Assembly (NCBI GenBank): GCA_007693535.1
Contig: REDK01000159.1
Coordinates: 12,047-76,046 of the forward strand
Reading direction: 5' to 3'
DNA: 64,000 nt
Origin: Chromatiaceae bacterium
Lineage (GTDB): Bacteria; Pseudomonadota; Gammaproteobacteria; Chromatiales; Chromatiaceae
The translations under genes were made by a program, and so were the position numbers. The notes beneath the pieces are model-generated. The model saw only the letters and a program-made list of their open reading frames with translations. It had not been told where the DNA came from and did no database searches. Shown piece by piece: positions 1-10,138 of the stretch (its first letter is position 1; each line of letters begins with the position of its first letter).

Positions 1-1848
1 GCCCTTGCCAGGGTGGGTGAGAATGCACAGATCGTCCCATGGACCGAAAGGCTCCAACGCGACGCCGGCATGTTGGACCGCGTGGTCCTCATAGAGCAGG
101 CGCGCGCCGACCGCCGCGACGTCGTCGTGAAGCGCATCGAGCATTGGCTCGATCCACCCATCACCGACTGCGAAGACGTCCGAGTTCATCAACAATAGTA
201 GGTCACCACGGGCAGCGGCAGCCCCTCGGTTACATGCCCCGGAGAAGCCGAGGTTGCGCTGAGGGTACAGCAGTGTGAACGCTATGCCGAACACCGCATG
301 GAGGGCCTCCGCCGAGGCGATCATCTCGGTGGCGATACGGGGGTCATCGAGCACATAGATCCACTCGACGTCGCGCAGGCTGCTATCCTTCCGAAAGCTC
401 TCCATCTGATAGCGCATGAAGTCCCACCGCCCATACACGGGGATGATAATCGACACCCGCGGGGCATCTCCCAAGGCCCCGATGCGGCAAACGACATCAG
501 GCCGAACCGTGTCCGAGCCCGTGTCCGAGCCCGCGCCCAACCTAGGGCGTCCTTGATTAGGTGCGCGCCACAACCGCTCCACTGGTTGTGCGACCTGCCG
601 CAACATGAATTCGCGTAGCCTGATCCTGTCCGGGCTGAACGCGGCGAGCAGCGTGCGCACCGACTCGACACCCGGTGTCAGCGGGCTTACCGGGATGCGG
701 CGTCGCCGGCAGCGGTTATCCTGGTACAGTACATCCAGATCAAGGACCGGCGTTGGCACTGTTGTGCCGAACGCGCTAATAGGAATGAGTGCGACGAAGC
801 CCCGCGGCGATTGCGGCACATGGTACTGCCGATACAGTCGATCGAGCTTTGGCTCGGGAACCCGGCTCCAAAATGCGCTGAGGTCGATCTCGCCCCCGTC
901 GGACCAGCGTTTAACAGCAATTCGCTTGATGGCCCGAACCGGATCGATTATCGATCCGGCAAGAAAAAGGCCGACGTCTGGGATGGCGAAGCAGGCGGTT
1001 ACCTCGACATTGGCAGGCGGGCGGGGCAGCCCGGCCAGCAGAAGCATCCAGGCAGCAATATCGAGAATCAACCCCTGGTGACGATAGAGCCAACCTTGGA
1101 CCCTGAAACCTCCGACTTGGGAGGTCAGCGCCGGCAGCCGCGCGATGGTAATCGGCGCCCATGCTGCCGGGGCTGGGCCCATTCGCACCGGGCTGAATGC
1201 CGCTGCGCCGGATCGCTCGGTCGCCGCCCCTTGGCGCCACACCAACACAGGCACGCGATCTGCCAAGTTCAGATTCACATCACCGGGCGAGCACTCGATC
1301 GGCTGCGTCGAGCTGCAGTGCGAAAAGCGGAAGGCGTCGTCGACCCAGTCTGGCTGCGCAAACAGCGCCTCTGCCGGGCTCAATAAGACGGCGTTGCGAT
1401 GGGTCAGCCGCAGGCAGAAGCTGGCGAGATGCGCTGGCGCCGGCGGCTCATCTGGTAGCCAGACCTCAAATCCCACGTCGAAGATGCTGCGCCAGTCTTG
1501 GGCACGAATGGCCAGGTCTTCACGGGATGCTGGGTCACAGGCCACGATGATGAGGTGCGGCCGTTGTGCCCGTGGTCGACCACTCAATTCCGCCAACGCG
1601 GCACGCACAAGGTCCTGGCGCTCATGTGCGGCGATGACCCAAATTCGCCCGGGCGCGCGCTGGTCGGAATAAACGAGACGTGGGCAATGTGGGTGCAGAG
1701 GGTCATCCCAAACAGGTGTCGCACGCCGCCGGAGCATGGCAAGCGCGCGGGCACGGAGCGCGTGGTAGACGGCGAACACAAGCCGTCTCCATCGGATGCC
1801 GAATAGCGCGGGCGGAATCAGCGGTCGCCGCGGTAAAGACTCAGGCAT
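1..1848 (-). CDS. Multidomain family-2 glycosyltransferase; C-terminus runs off the left window edge
   Basis: Absent from the ORF track because there is no stop in the window. Manual minus-strand translation is open from ATG 1848 (alternative ATG 1737) to nt 1. The C-terminal half has GT-A/GT2 hallmarks: RVSIIIPVYGRWDFMRYQMESF, IYVLDDP, NLGFSGACNRGAAAARGDLLLLMNSDV. The start overlaps the 3' end of the upstream GT4 gene. Confidence 0.8.
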   Translation of the reverse strand, partial: MPESLPRRPLIPPALFGIRWRRLVFAVYHALRARALAMLRRRATPVWDDPLHPHCPRLVYSDQRAPGRIWVIAAHERQDLVRAALAELSGRPRAQRPHLIIVACDPASREDLAIRAQDWRSIFDVGFEVWLPDEPPAPAHLASFCLRLTHRNAVLLSPAEALFAQPDWVDDAFRFSHCSSTQPIECSPGDVNLNLADRVPVLVWRQGAATERSGAAAFSPVRMGPAPAAWAPITIARLPALTSQVGGFRVQGWLYRHQGLILDIAAWMLLLAGLPRPPANVEVTACFAIPDVGLFLAGSIIDPVRAIKRIAVKRWSDGGEIDLSAFWSRVPEPKLDRLYRQYHVPQSPRGFVALIPISAFGTTVPTPVLDLDVLYQDNRCRRRRIPVSPLTPGVESVRTLLAAFSPDRIRLREFMLRQVAQPVERLWRAPNQGRPRLGAGSDTGSDTVRPDVVCRIGALGDAPRVSIIIPVYGRWDFMRYQMESFRKDSSLRDVEWIYVLDDPRIATEMIASAEALHAVFGIAFTLLYPQRNLGFSGACNRGAAAARGDLLLLMNSDVFAVGDGWIEPMLDALHDDVAAVGARLLYEDHAVQHAGVALEPFGPWDDLCILTHPGKG

Positions 1849-3053
1849 TGCCGTGCCGTGGCGGCGATGGTCGGTGGTGGTGCAATACCGGCTTGAAGCT
1901 GGTCCAGTAGGGCCGGATTGTCGATGATGCGACACAGGACAGAACACAGTGCGTCCGGATCGCCCACCGCGAAATGCACACCGTCCACCCCATCGCGAAC
2001 TTTCTCTGCCATCCCGCCAATATTGCTGCAGATCACCGGGCGCCCGTGCCGAAAGGCCTCCTGGATCACCATCGGCGAATTCTCCCACCACAAGGAAGGG
2101 ACGATCACCCAATCCACACCTGCCATACGCCGAGGCAGATCCTGGGGCTGGTAAGGCCCCCGATAGATCAGCTCCTGTGGCCCCGCAGCGATGGCCTGCT
2201 CGATGCGTCTGGCGAAGGTGCCGGGGAAGCCGTGGTGCCCACCCCCGTGTAACTGGAGCCGGCAGCGCTGCCTCGTTCTGGCAGGCAGGCGCGCAAAGGC
2301 AGCGAGCAGGACATCGACACCCTTATAGGGCGTGATTTGTCCGAAATGGCCGAACACTTGTATTGCGGAGCCGCTGTCTCGCCGCGGCGCGATGACATCG
2401 GCGGGTTGCCCGTTCTCGATTACGAAGATACGCTCAGCGGCCAATCCCCAGGCGGCGTAGCGGGCCTTCAAGAACTCGCTCGGCGAGATGAAGTGATCGA
2501 CCTCGGAGAACAGGCTTTTGATGTAGCGCTCACGCAAAAAGTAATCCGGGGGTGGGCGTTCCGGCATGCACAGGTGACAATCCTGAGGGTGAGCGCGCTC
2601 GCACAGCCTGCCATTCGTCTTGAGCATCTGACCCTGGCGATTGCAGATCGCCAGGAACTCATGCAGCGTCAGAAGGATTCGAGCCGTTGGCAGCTCGTTG
2701 CGGACAACGCGGAAGGTCTCGACACCGACGTTGACGTAGTGATGGAAATGCACGACATCAGGTCGGATCTCGCGCAGCAGTGCAGGTAGATCGAAGGCGA
2801 GAAAGCGCAGGTTGCTGGCCGAGAAATCGAAGTAATCAGTGCTCTGATCATACAGGATCTCGCGCTGGTCCTTGCTGCGTATGGCGAAGGCCGCGCCGGG
2901 TCGGGCGAAGCCGGGATGCTGATGACAGGCCAGAAACCAAGCATCGCACTCCGCTGATTTCCGGAGATGCTCGAACAGTTGATAGGCGGCGATTTCGGCC
3001 CCGCCATGCGAGAAATCCGGGTGGGCATGAGCAATGATCAGTACGCGCAGCAC
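1818..3053 (-). CDS. GT4-family (GT-B) glycosyltransferase
   Basis: 411-aa ORF with a GTG start. N-terminus is VLIIAHAHPDFSHGGAEIAAYQL. The C-terminal nucleotide-sugar motif is WWENSPMVIQEAFRHGRPVICSNIGGMAEKV. Confidence 0.85.
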   Translation of the reverse strand: MLRVLIIAHAHPDFSHGGAEIAAYQLFEHLRKSAECDAWFLACHQHPGFARPGAAFAIRSKDQREILYDQSTDYFDFSASNLRFLAFDLPALLREIRPDVVHFHHYVNVGVETFRVVRNELPTARILLTLHEFLAICNRQGQMLKTNGRLCERAHPQDCHLCMPERPPPDYFLRERYIKSLFSEVDHFISPSEFLKARYAAWGLAAERIFVIENGQPADVIAPRRDSGSAIQVFGHFGQITPYKGVDVLLAAFARLPARTRQRCRLQLHGGGHHGFPGTFARRIEQAIAAGPQELIYRGPYQPQDLPRRMAGVDWVIVPSLWWENSPMVIQEAFRHGRPVICSNIGGMAEKVRDGVDGVHFAVGDPDALCSVLCRIIDNPALLDQLQAGIAPPPTIAATARQCLSLYRGDR

Positions 3054-4350
3054 GGAGCGGTCCTAATCAGAGAATGAGAGAATGCGGGGCGCATTGCGCA
3101 TGCCTTCGGGTACCGAAACTCGTCCGGAGACCCAGCATCTTACAGTCGGCGGCGGCTCGGGGAGCAGCGCCCCCATGGCAGCGGATGGATGCTGGCGCTT
3201 GGGGAGACAGCGAGACCATGTGCCCTCGGGTGGCCGATGGATAGCGATTCAACGACTCCATCGCCGGCAAGGCTGGGCCATCCTGGAAGGCCGGGACCAG
3301 CGCCTGCAAGCGTTCAGCGCCTGGGCATTGTAGACAGCACCAAGACGATCGGAGCGCTCGCCGGTCAACCGGCAGGCATGCCGCGGGGGCGCGGATGCGC
3401 CGATCGGGCAACAACCTGGAACCCGCGCGGAGAGACCCCCGGGGGCCGAAATGCTCGTGGCAACCTGCCCGGGTGCGGCGACCAGCGCGGGCACACTGCT
3501 GAGTTGCCGGCGGAAGCGGGCGCGGCTGACAGCCGCCAGCACGATACTGGATGACATCGCGATGCGCTTGCATCTCAGGGCACTCGCAGGGCGGGTGGGG
3601 CACTTCGCGCAGCTACGTCGACGATCGCGGACCGTGTCGAGCCGATAGCATCGCGCGCATCCCGCTGCTCGACGAGCCCGGGTTGACGCAGCAGACACCA
3701 CGGCTGAATGCGAGTACCCCGCTGTCCAACTTCGCGCCGCGAGCGCGCAACCGGATCCGCTGCACATGGGCCTAGCAGCGGCGGCTGGCTGGGGGCTTGG
3801 CTGTCTGGGAATTTGGCGTCGCTCTTCGGTCGGCATCCATTGGTACAGCCGGTACAGCCGCCGATCACCGTCGCCTGCCCGCCGACCAACGCGCGCATCC
3901 GGTCGAAACGTCCGTCGGCGGACCCTGCCTCGATGCGGTGGCGCCGCGCGGATCAGACAACAAGCCTCCAGGCTACGCCGACAACCGGTTGTTTGACAAG
4001 GTCTGCTGAACGGCAACCAAAATGCGATATGCTAAGGGGTCCGCTGACTCGTCACGAGTCTTGGGAGATCCGCTGGGCGGCGCGAAGGAACGTGTCGGCG
4101 ACAGCGGTGCAGTCAGCGCAAGCTGCGATAACAGGGTCTGCAGAAGAACCGGCATCAGGCCAGGAAGATCAGACCAAACAGCTTGAGGACAGCGAAATCA
4201 GGCGACCGATCAGTCGTTCCCCCAAAGGCACTTTTGATACCAGTTATTTCTGCCAGGCTCGAAAACGATGCGGTGTTCTCGTTCCTTTGGGAAGCGTTGG
4301 TACCGGCGGCGGGCCGCTTCGGTGACAGCGGCGGAGCCGGCCGCCAGCCG

Positions 4351-5298
4351 ATGAGCGGGAGCCTGGGAGGCTCCATATCAGCGGCTTCGACCTGCCCTGG
4401 CGGCATCGAGCGCGTCATCGCAGTGGTGGTCACCTTCGAGCCCCAGCCCCAAGCTATCAACACGGTACTGGCAACGCTAGCGCCACAGGTCGCTGCACTG
4501 GTGATCGTGGACAACGGCTCGTGCAATGACGCCGCAATCGAACTGCCCGCAGCCCTGGAGAACGCCATCTATTGGATACGGCTCGGCGAGAACCGCGGCA
4601 TCGCGGCGGCGCAGAACAGGGGCATCCAGTGGGCACGTGAGCAGCATGCAGACTATGTGTTGCTGTGCGATCAAGACAGCGAGCCAGCCCCGGACATGGT
4701 CACACAACTGATCACTGCAGCCCGCTGTCTCGTTGCCAACGGCGTGCGCCTGGCCCTGGTCGCACCCTCATACGTTGACGCACGGCAGACCGCGCAGATC
4801 CCGTTCATGCACTTAGTGGACGGCCGCCCGCGCTGGTTCGGCTGCACCGGGAATCGGGGTACTCCAGAGATCACCACGGCCATCGCCTCTGGGGCCTTGA
4901 TCCCGTTGGCGACAATCGATGCCGTTGGCGGCATGCTTGAATCGCTGTTCATCGATTTGGTGGATATCGAATGGTGCTTTCGCGCTCGGGCGCATGGCTT
5001 TCGCGCCTATGGTGTGTGCGCCGCGAAGCTCTCGCACAGCCTCGGCGAACAACCGAAGCGCGTGCTGGGCCGCATGCTGGCCACCCACAGTCCACTGCGC
5101 AACTACTATTTCTATCGCAACGCCATCTGGTTATTTCGGCAAGGCTATGTGCCGGCCGCCTGGAAGCTGGCTATCGCGCTGCAGATGCTCAAGCGCTATC
5201 TGGTCTTTCCAGCCTTCGTGCCGCCGCGTCGGCGATACCTCGAAATGATGACCCGCGGGCTCTGGCACGGGCTGCGTGGCCGTGGTGGAGCGTTATGA
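4351..5298 (+). CDS. GT2 glycosyltransferase, rhamnosyltransferase-like
   Basis: In-frame ATG at 4351 of track ORF 4183..5298. Motifs: VIAVVVTFEPQP, VIVDNGS, GENRGIAAAQNRGIQWA, LLCDQDSEP. The stop overlaps the next start (ATGA at 5295). Confidence 0.85.
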   Translation: MSGSLGGSISAASTCPGGIERVIAVVVTFEPQPQAINTVLATLAPQVAALVIVDNGSCNDAAIELPAALENAIYWIRLGENRGIAAAQNRGIQWAREQHADYVLLCDQDSEPAPDMVTQLITAARCLVANGVRLALVAPSYVDARQTAQIPFMHLVDGRPRWFGCTGNRGTPEITTAIASGALIPLATIDAVGGMLESLFIDLVDIEWCFRARAHGFRAYGVCAAKLSHSLGEQPKRVLGRMLATHSPLRNYYFYRNAIWLFRQGYVPAAWKLAIALQMLKRYLVFPAFVPPRRRYLEMMTRGLWHGLRGRGGAL

Positions 5299-6374
5299 AT
5301 CAAGGTGCGCGCTTGCTCCTGCTGACCCGCCACGGCGCGCTCGGCTCGAGTAGCCGAGTGCGGCTGATGACATATCGGCCCTGGTTGGAGCAGGCAGGGT
5401 TCGCTGTCGAGGTCAGTTCTTTTTTCGACGACGTTTATCTGCGCCAGCTCTACACTGATGGCCGTGCTCACCGCAACGACGTTCTGCGAGCCTTTGGTCG
5501 GCGCCTGCGCACCCTGTTCGGGCTGCGCCGCTACCGTCTGCTATGGATCGAGAAAGAACTCTTTCCCTTCCTGCCGGGGGGTGTAGACGGTTTCCTGCCG
5601 CGCCTCGGCGTGCCGTATGTCCTGGATTACGATGACGCGACTTTTCATCGCTACGACCTGCATCCATCCCCGCTCGTCCGCGCCCTGTTCAGCCGACGTT
5701 TGGTGCCGCTGCTGCGCGGCGCCCGCATGGTCACGGCGGGCAACGCTTACCTGGCCGACTATGCTCGCAGCGCCGGTGCAGGGGATGTCCGGGAGCTGCC
5801 TACGGTGGTAGACATACAACAGCACGCCATGACTGCCGAGCCGACTGGCGACGAGCTGCGCATCGGCTGGATCGGCTCGCCCTCCACAGCGCACTACCTC
5901 GGTTTGGTGCGGAAACCTCTGCGCCGGCTCGCCCGCGAGCGCGCACTCCGGCTGGTTGTGGTCGGTGCCCGCGACATTCCCGTGGTGGACGTGCCGCTTG
6001 AGTTTCACGACTGGGCCGCCGACACGGAGGCCGCACTGCTGGCCACCCTGCATCTGGGCATCATGCCGCTCACGGATGGTCCCTGGGAACGCGGCAAGTG
6101 CGGCTATAAGCTGATCCAGTACATGGCCTGCGGTAAGCCCGTCATCGCTTCACCGGTCGGCGTGAATGCCGATATCGTCAGCCCTGACGTGGGCCTGCTC
6201 GCTGCCAACGACGCACAATGGCTCACGTCCCTGCGCACGCTGGCTGGTGATGCTGCGCTGCGCCGAAGCTTCGGTCGCGCTGGTCGCGCGAAGGTTGAGG
6301 CACGCTACTCGTTGCAGATCCGGGGCCCGCAGTTGGCCGCGCTGCTCGCCGAGGCCGCGACTCACGAGCAATGA
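5295..6374 (+). CDS. GT-B (GT4/GT1) glycosyltransferase
   Basis: ATG 5295 (M109 of track ORF 4971..6374) overlaps the upstream stop as ATGA. N-terminus is MNQGARLLLLTRHGALGSSSRVR. The C-terminal motif is GKCGYKLIQYMACGKPVIASPVG. Confidence 0.8.
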   Translation: MNQGARLLLLTRHGALGSSSRVRLMTYRPWLEQAGFAVEVSSFFDDVYLRQLYTDGRAHRNDVLRAFGRRLRTLFGLRRYRLLWIEKELFPFLPGGVDGFLPRLGVPYVLDYDDATFHRYDLHPSPLVRALFSRRLVPLLRGARMVTAGNAYLADYARSAGAGDVRELPTVVDIQQHAMTAEPTGDELRIGWIGSPSTAHYLGLVRKPLRRLARERALRLVVVGARDIPVVDVPLEFHDWAADTEAALLATLHLGIMPLTDGPWERGKCGYKLIQYMACGKPVIASPVGVNADIVSPDVGLLAANDAQWLTSLRTLAGDAALRRSFGRAGRAKVEARYSLQIRGPQLAALLAEAATHEQ

Positions 6375-7609
6375 ACAAGCAGGTTGCAGCGGTTGGGCCG
6401 GCCGCGGAGACGTCGTTCGCAGCGGTTGCAGATCCGGCACCGGAGGGGAAGCGGGTTCGGCTCCTGTTCTTGGTCACCGTCGACTGGTTCTTTTCGTCAC
6501 ATTACCTGAACCGCGCACTCGCCGCACGGCAGGCGGGATACGAGGTGCTCGTAGTGACGCACCTGGACACCGAGGACGCGCGGTTGCGCGCCGCCGGACT
6601 CGTGCCGATCCACTGGCGGGTTCGCCGCAAGGGCCTCAATCCACTGACCGAGCTGCAAGCGATCCAACAACTCGTGCAGATCTACCGCACGCGTCGCCCG
6701 GACCTGGTGCACCAGATCGCGCTGAAGCCCATCGTCTACGGCTCGCTGGCGGCTCGCATCAGCGGCTTGCGCGGTATCCTAAACGCGCCAGTGGGCATGG
6801 GCTTCGTGTTCTCGTCCCCATCCCTGCTTGCGCGAGCGCTGCGACCACTGGTGCTGTTGGCGTTGCGAGCGCTGCTCAATCCGCCTGGGAGTCGCGTGGT
6901 GTTCGAGAATAGCGACGATCGCGCCACGGCTATCGCCGACGGACTGGTCCGCGAGCGCGATGCGGTGCTGATTCGCGGTGCGGGGGTCGACATCAGGCGG
7001 TTCACACCGGCGCCGGAGCCGCCTGGCCGCCCGCGGGTATTGCTGATCGCACGAATGCTCTGGGATAAAGGCGTTGGCGAGTTTGTCGAGGCCGCCCGGC
7101 TACTACGGCGACGCGGCGTTGAGGCTGATTTCGTGCTGGTGGGGCGCATCGACCAGGATAACCGTGCCTGTATCGACGAGATCCAACTGCGCGCCTGGAA
7201 GTCGGAAGGCGTCATCGACTGGCTCGGACACCAGGAAGACGTGCCGGGGCTGCTGGCCGGTTGTCATGTCGTCGCGCTGCCCTCTTACCGCGAAGGGCTA
7301 CCAAAATCACTGCTGGAAGCGCTGGCCGCGGGCAGGCCGATCGTCACCACAGATGTTCCCGGCTGCCGGGAAGTGGTCATCCCCGGCGAGAATGGCCTGC
7401 TAGTTCGGCCACGGGACGGGCAGGCGCTGGCTGAGGCCCTGTCGCGTTTGATCAAGGACGCTGCGCTGCGACAGCGCTTCGGTGCCGCGAGCCGGCGGCT
7501 GGCGGAGCGTAACTTCGGCACCGAGAAGGTGGAACAGGCGACGCTGGCGCTTTACGCCGACATGCTCCGGCCAGAACGCACCGCAGACGCGGGCGGCGAA
7601 GACCGCTGA
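6371..7609 (+). CDS. GT4-family glycosyltransferase
   Basis: ATGA overlap with the upstream gene. Motifs: RLLFLVTVDWFFSSHYLNRALAARQAGYEV and YREGLPKSLLEALAAGRPIVTTDVPGCREVV. Paralogous to the gene at 13581..14909. Confidence 0.85.
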   Translation: MNKQVAAVGPAAETSFAAVADPAPEGKRVRLLFLVTVDWFFSSHYLNRALAARQAGYEVLVVTHLDTEDARLRAAGLVPIHWRVRRKGLNPLTELQAIQQLVQIYRTRRPDLVHQIALKPIVYGSLAARISGLRGILNAPVGMGFVFSSPSLLARALRPLVLLALRALLNPPGSRVVFENSDDRATAIADGLVRERDAVLIRGAGVDIRRFTPAPEPPGRPRVLLIARMLWDKGVGEFVEAARLLRRRGVEADFVLVGRIDQDNRACIDEIQLRAWKSEGVIDWLGHQEDVPGLLAGCHVVALPSYREGLPKSLLEALAAGRPIVTTDVPGCREVVIPGENGLLVRPRDGQALAEALSRLIKDAALRQRFGAASRRLAERNFGTEKVEQATLALYADMLRPERTADAGGEDR

Positions 7610-7734
7610 TGGCAAAGATTGCGAGATGCCGAGGAGCAACGCCGCCCGGTATCGCAGCATCCGGGTGTAAAGACAATCCGCCAGCAAGTCTCAGCTGAAG
7701 CTCTACCAGTCCGCCGGACCAGCATCACCCGCCG

Positions 7735-9096
7735 CTATTTGTTGGGCACAGACGCTAGGGTCCGCCATCTGGCCGATCGCTGCAGCAAACAGCGCAGCCC
7801 GATCCACGCCTGCAGGAACAAGAATCCTTCCGCTGCAAATCGCAGCCGTGCAAGGCCCATTGGTCCGGGTACGACTATCGTGTAGGCGCTCAACAGCATG
7901 ATGATCCAGAGGAAAGGACTGCCCGCGCGCATGATCACCACTGCGCCTACCAAGGCAAGCAGGAGCAGACCGGCACGCAGTGCTACCTCTGCGAGTACTA
8001 CCCAGTCAAGATACTCCAGAAAACTTCGCACCTTGTGTGCGAACGAAACCTCGTCAAGGGCTGCAAAGCGCACCCGTTCCGACTGGTAACCGAAGGCCGC
8101 GTAGGCATCGAGCATGCCAGGGCCGAGCAGGGTCTTGAGCATACCGATGACCCAGGTCTGTGCGTAAACAACCGGGTACTGAAGCAGCGCGTCAAGGGCT
8201 GCCTGCTGCTGCAGGCGGAAGCGCTCAACGGTATTCAACGGGCCATCCCGTTTACTCTCGGCGGCGAAGAAGGCCTGCTCAGCGAGTACGGCGGCTTCCC
8301 GCTGGCCTTCCTGAAAACGCAGGCCGCGCGCAACCTCCCACACATAAGGTAAGTGGTAATTTAGGAACATATTGCTGGCCTGCCCGGATAAGTAGGGCGT
8401 GCCGAACACGATCTGGTTGCGGGCAAGCCAGGGACTCAGCGTCAACGCTGCCACGAGCACCAGCAACGCCGCACGGATGCAGCCGGTGCGCCCAAAGCCG
8501 CTTGCAACAAGCAGCACCGGCGCGAACACCACGGGCAGTAAAAAGTTTGCTGGGCGCACCCAGACGACAGCACCCAGCAGCAAACCCGCCAGCAGAAGCC
8601 AATTCCAACGGCCGGTCTTGAGGTGCCAGCCTACAGCAAAGACGGCCGGTACGATCATTACCAAGTTTAGAGTATCGCTCAGGATCAGCTTTGGGTAGCC
8701 GATACCGCCTGGTTCGACGAGCAGGAAAACCACCACCGCGCGCGCAAGGCCGGAGTCCAACAGCGACCGCGTGCCGATGTAGTACACGCCGACGGTGGCG
8801 AGATACAGCAACTCCTGCACGAGGAGCGGCCAGAAGCGGTCACCGAGCCCCAACCACTGGAAAAAACCTAAATAGGCAGGGTAGCCCGGCGTGCGAAAGA
8901 CCTCTGGACGATACAAGTCCAAACTGGAAGAGAACCAACCATGCTCGACAAGGCCCACCGCGAGCTGCAGGTAAAGGGATGAATCTGGCTGCAACGGTTC
9001 GCCTCCAACCGCCCACAGCAACAGCAAGAGCGCGAACCGCAAGACCAACAGCACCATGACGGTGACCGCAAATAGCCGGGCGTCATGGGCAGACAT
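7735..9096 (-). CDS. GT-C fold membrane glycosyltransferase (PMT_2/ArnT-like)
   Basis: Polytopic membrane protein. Start reset to ATG 9096 (M38 of the track ORF) so it does not overlap the upstream gene. The first-loop signature is QPDSSLYLQLAVGLVEHGWF...YRPEVFRTPGYPAYLGF, typical of lipid-linked-sugar-dependent GT-C enzymes. Confidence 0.7.
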   Translation of the reverse strand: MSAHDARLFAVTVMVLLVLRFALLLLLWAVGGEPLQPDSSLYLQLAVGLVEHGWFSSSLDLYRPEVFRTPGYPAYLGFFQWLGLGDRFWPLLVQELLYLATVGVYYIGTRSLLDSGLARAVVVFLLVEPGGIGYPKLILSDTLNLVMIVPAVFAVGWHLKTGRWNWLLLAGLLLGAVVWVRPANFLLPVVFAPVLLVASGFGRTGCIRAALLVLVAALTLSPWLARNQIVFGTPYLSGQASNMFLNYHLPYVWEVARGLRFQEGQREAAVLAEQAFFAAESKRDGPLNTVERFRLQQQAALDALLQYPVVYAQTWVIGMLKTLLGPGMLDAYAAFGYQSERVRFAALDEVSFAHKVRSFLEYLDWVVLAEVALRAGLLLLALVGAVVIMRAGSPFLWIIMLLSAYTIVVPGPMGLARLRFAAEGFLFLQAWIGLRCLLQRSARWRTLASVPNK

Positions 9097-9124
9097 TGGT
9101 GTTGGGTACCGATGGAAGGCTTGG

Positions 9125-10138
9125 TTATGCCGGGGGGGCTGTTGGTGCATCCGCTGCAGCCTCGGCACACGCTGCCAGCTTGCGGAAGGTGAGATGCCGG
9201 CCCACAAAGAAAATGGCGCCGAATGCGGTCACCGGGATCCAGTGACCCAGAAGGAATAGGACACTCGCAGCCAATGCGGCCTCTTGGTCGATGCCGAAGG
9301 GCGTTAGCGCGAAGACAAAGGCCGCCTGAATCGGCCCCACGAATCCCGGCGCACTTGGCAGCGCTACGGCGAAGGCGGTGACACCGATGGTGAGCATGAC
9401 AATTGGTACCGGCACCACACCAGCATAGGCGTAGATGGCGAGCCAGGCGAGGACGACGGCCAGGAGCCAGCGGCCGATGGAGTAGAGAATGAGCAGCGCC
9501 GCGGTAGCAGGATTGCGCACTGCGCACAGACCCTGCCGGAATTGCTCAAGATAGATAACGCAGCGGCGACCAATCGCTGACGGCACCCAGCTGGACAGCG
9601 ATCTTGTTGGGGTATCCAGCCGTCGCGGCAGAAGCACAAACATCGCCAGCACCGCGCCCAGCCCCATGATCGCAATGCTGGCGAACCAAGCGAGGGCGCG
9701 GAAGCCTGCCGGCGCCGTCGGCACCAGTGCCAGCGCCGCCGCATAGACCACCAGGATACCGATTAGATCAAGCAGTCGCTCCAATGCCAGGCTCATCATT
9801 ACGCCGCTCCTGGACAGGCCAGCATCCCGCGCCAACAGGTCGGCACGAATCAGCTCACCAAGACGCAGCGGCAGCACATTGTTGGCGGCGAAGCCAATCA
9901 TCATCGATGGTAACAACTCTTGGACTGTAAATCGCCCGAAGGGTCGGAGCACCAGCCCCCAGCGGTGGGCGTTGCTCACAAAAAAGACGCCCAGTACCAT
10001 GAGGTAGGGCGGCAGCACCAGGAGATTACCGCCAATTAGGGTCTGCCCGAATGACCGCAGGTCAGCGCCCCATAGGGAATAAATCAGTGTCAACGCCGTC
10101 ACGGAACCCGCGACGGCGAGATGCACAAGCTGCTTCAT
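9125..10138 (-). CDS. UPF0104 / lysyl-PG-synthase-TM-like (flippase-like) membrane protein
   Basis: 337 aa and polytopic. Family hallmark N..LP.R.GE..R is seen as NNVLPLRLGELIRADL. ATGA overlap with the upstream oxidoreductase gene. Confidence 0.65.
   Translation of the reverse strand: MKQLVHLAVAGSVTALTLIYSLWGADLRSFGQTLIGGNLLVLPPYLMVLGVFFVSNAHRWGLVLRPFGRFTVQELLPSMMIGFAANNVLPLRLGELIRADLLARDAGLSRSGVMMSLALERLLDLIGILVVYAAALALVPTAPAGFRALAWFASIAIMGLGAVLAMFVLLPRRLDTPTRSLSSWVPSAIGRRCVIYLEQFRQGLCAVRNPATAALLILYSIGRWLLAVVLAWLAIYAYAGVVPVPIVMLTIGVTAFAVALPSAPGFVGPIQAAFVFALTPFGIDQEAALAASVLFLLGHWIPVTAFGAIFFVGRHLTFRKLAACAEAAADAPTAPPA

Noticed and set aside
3249-4016. 255-aa ORF (and neighbours 3067..3603, 3708..4325) in the GT4/GT2 divergent gap
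   Set aside because: The translations are Arg/Cys/Pro-rich with no recognisable motif. They are reported only as a possible decayed region.
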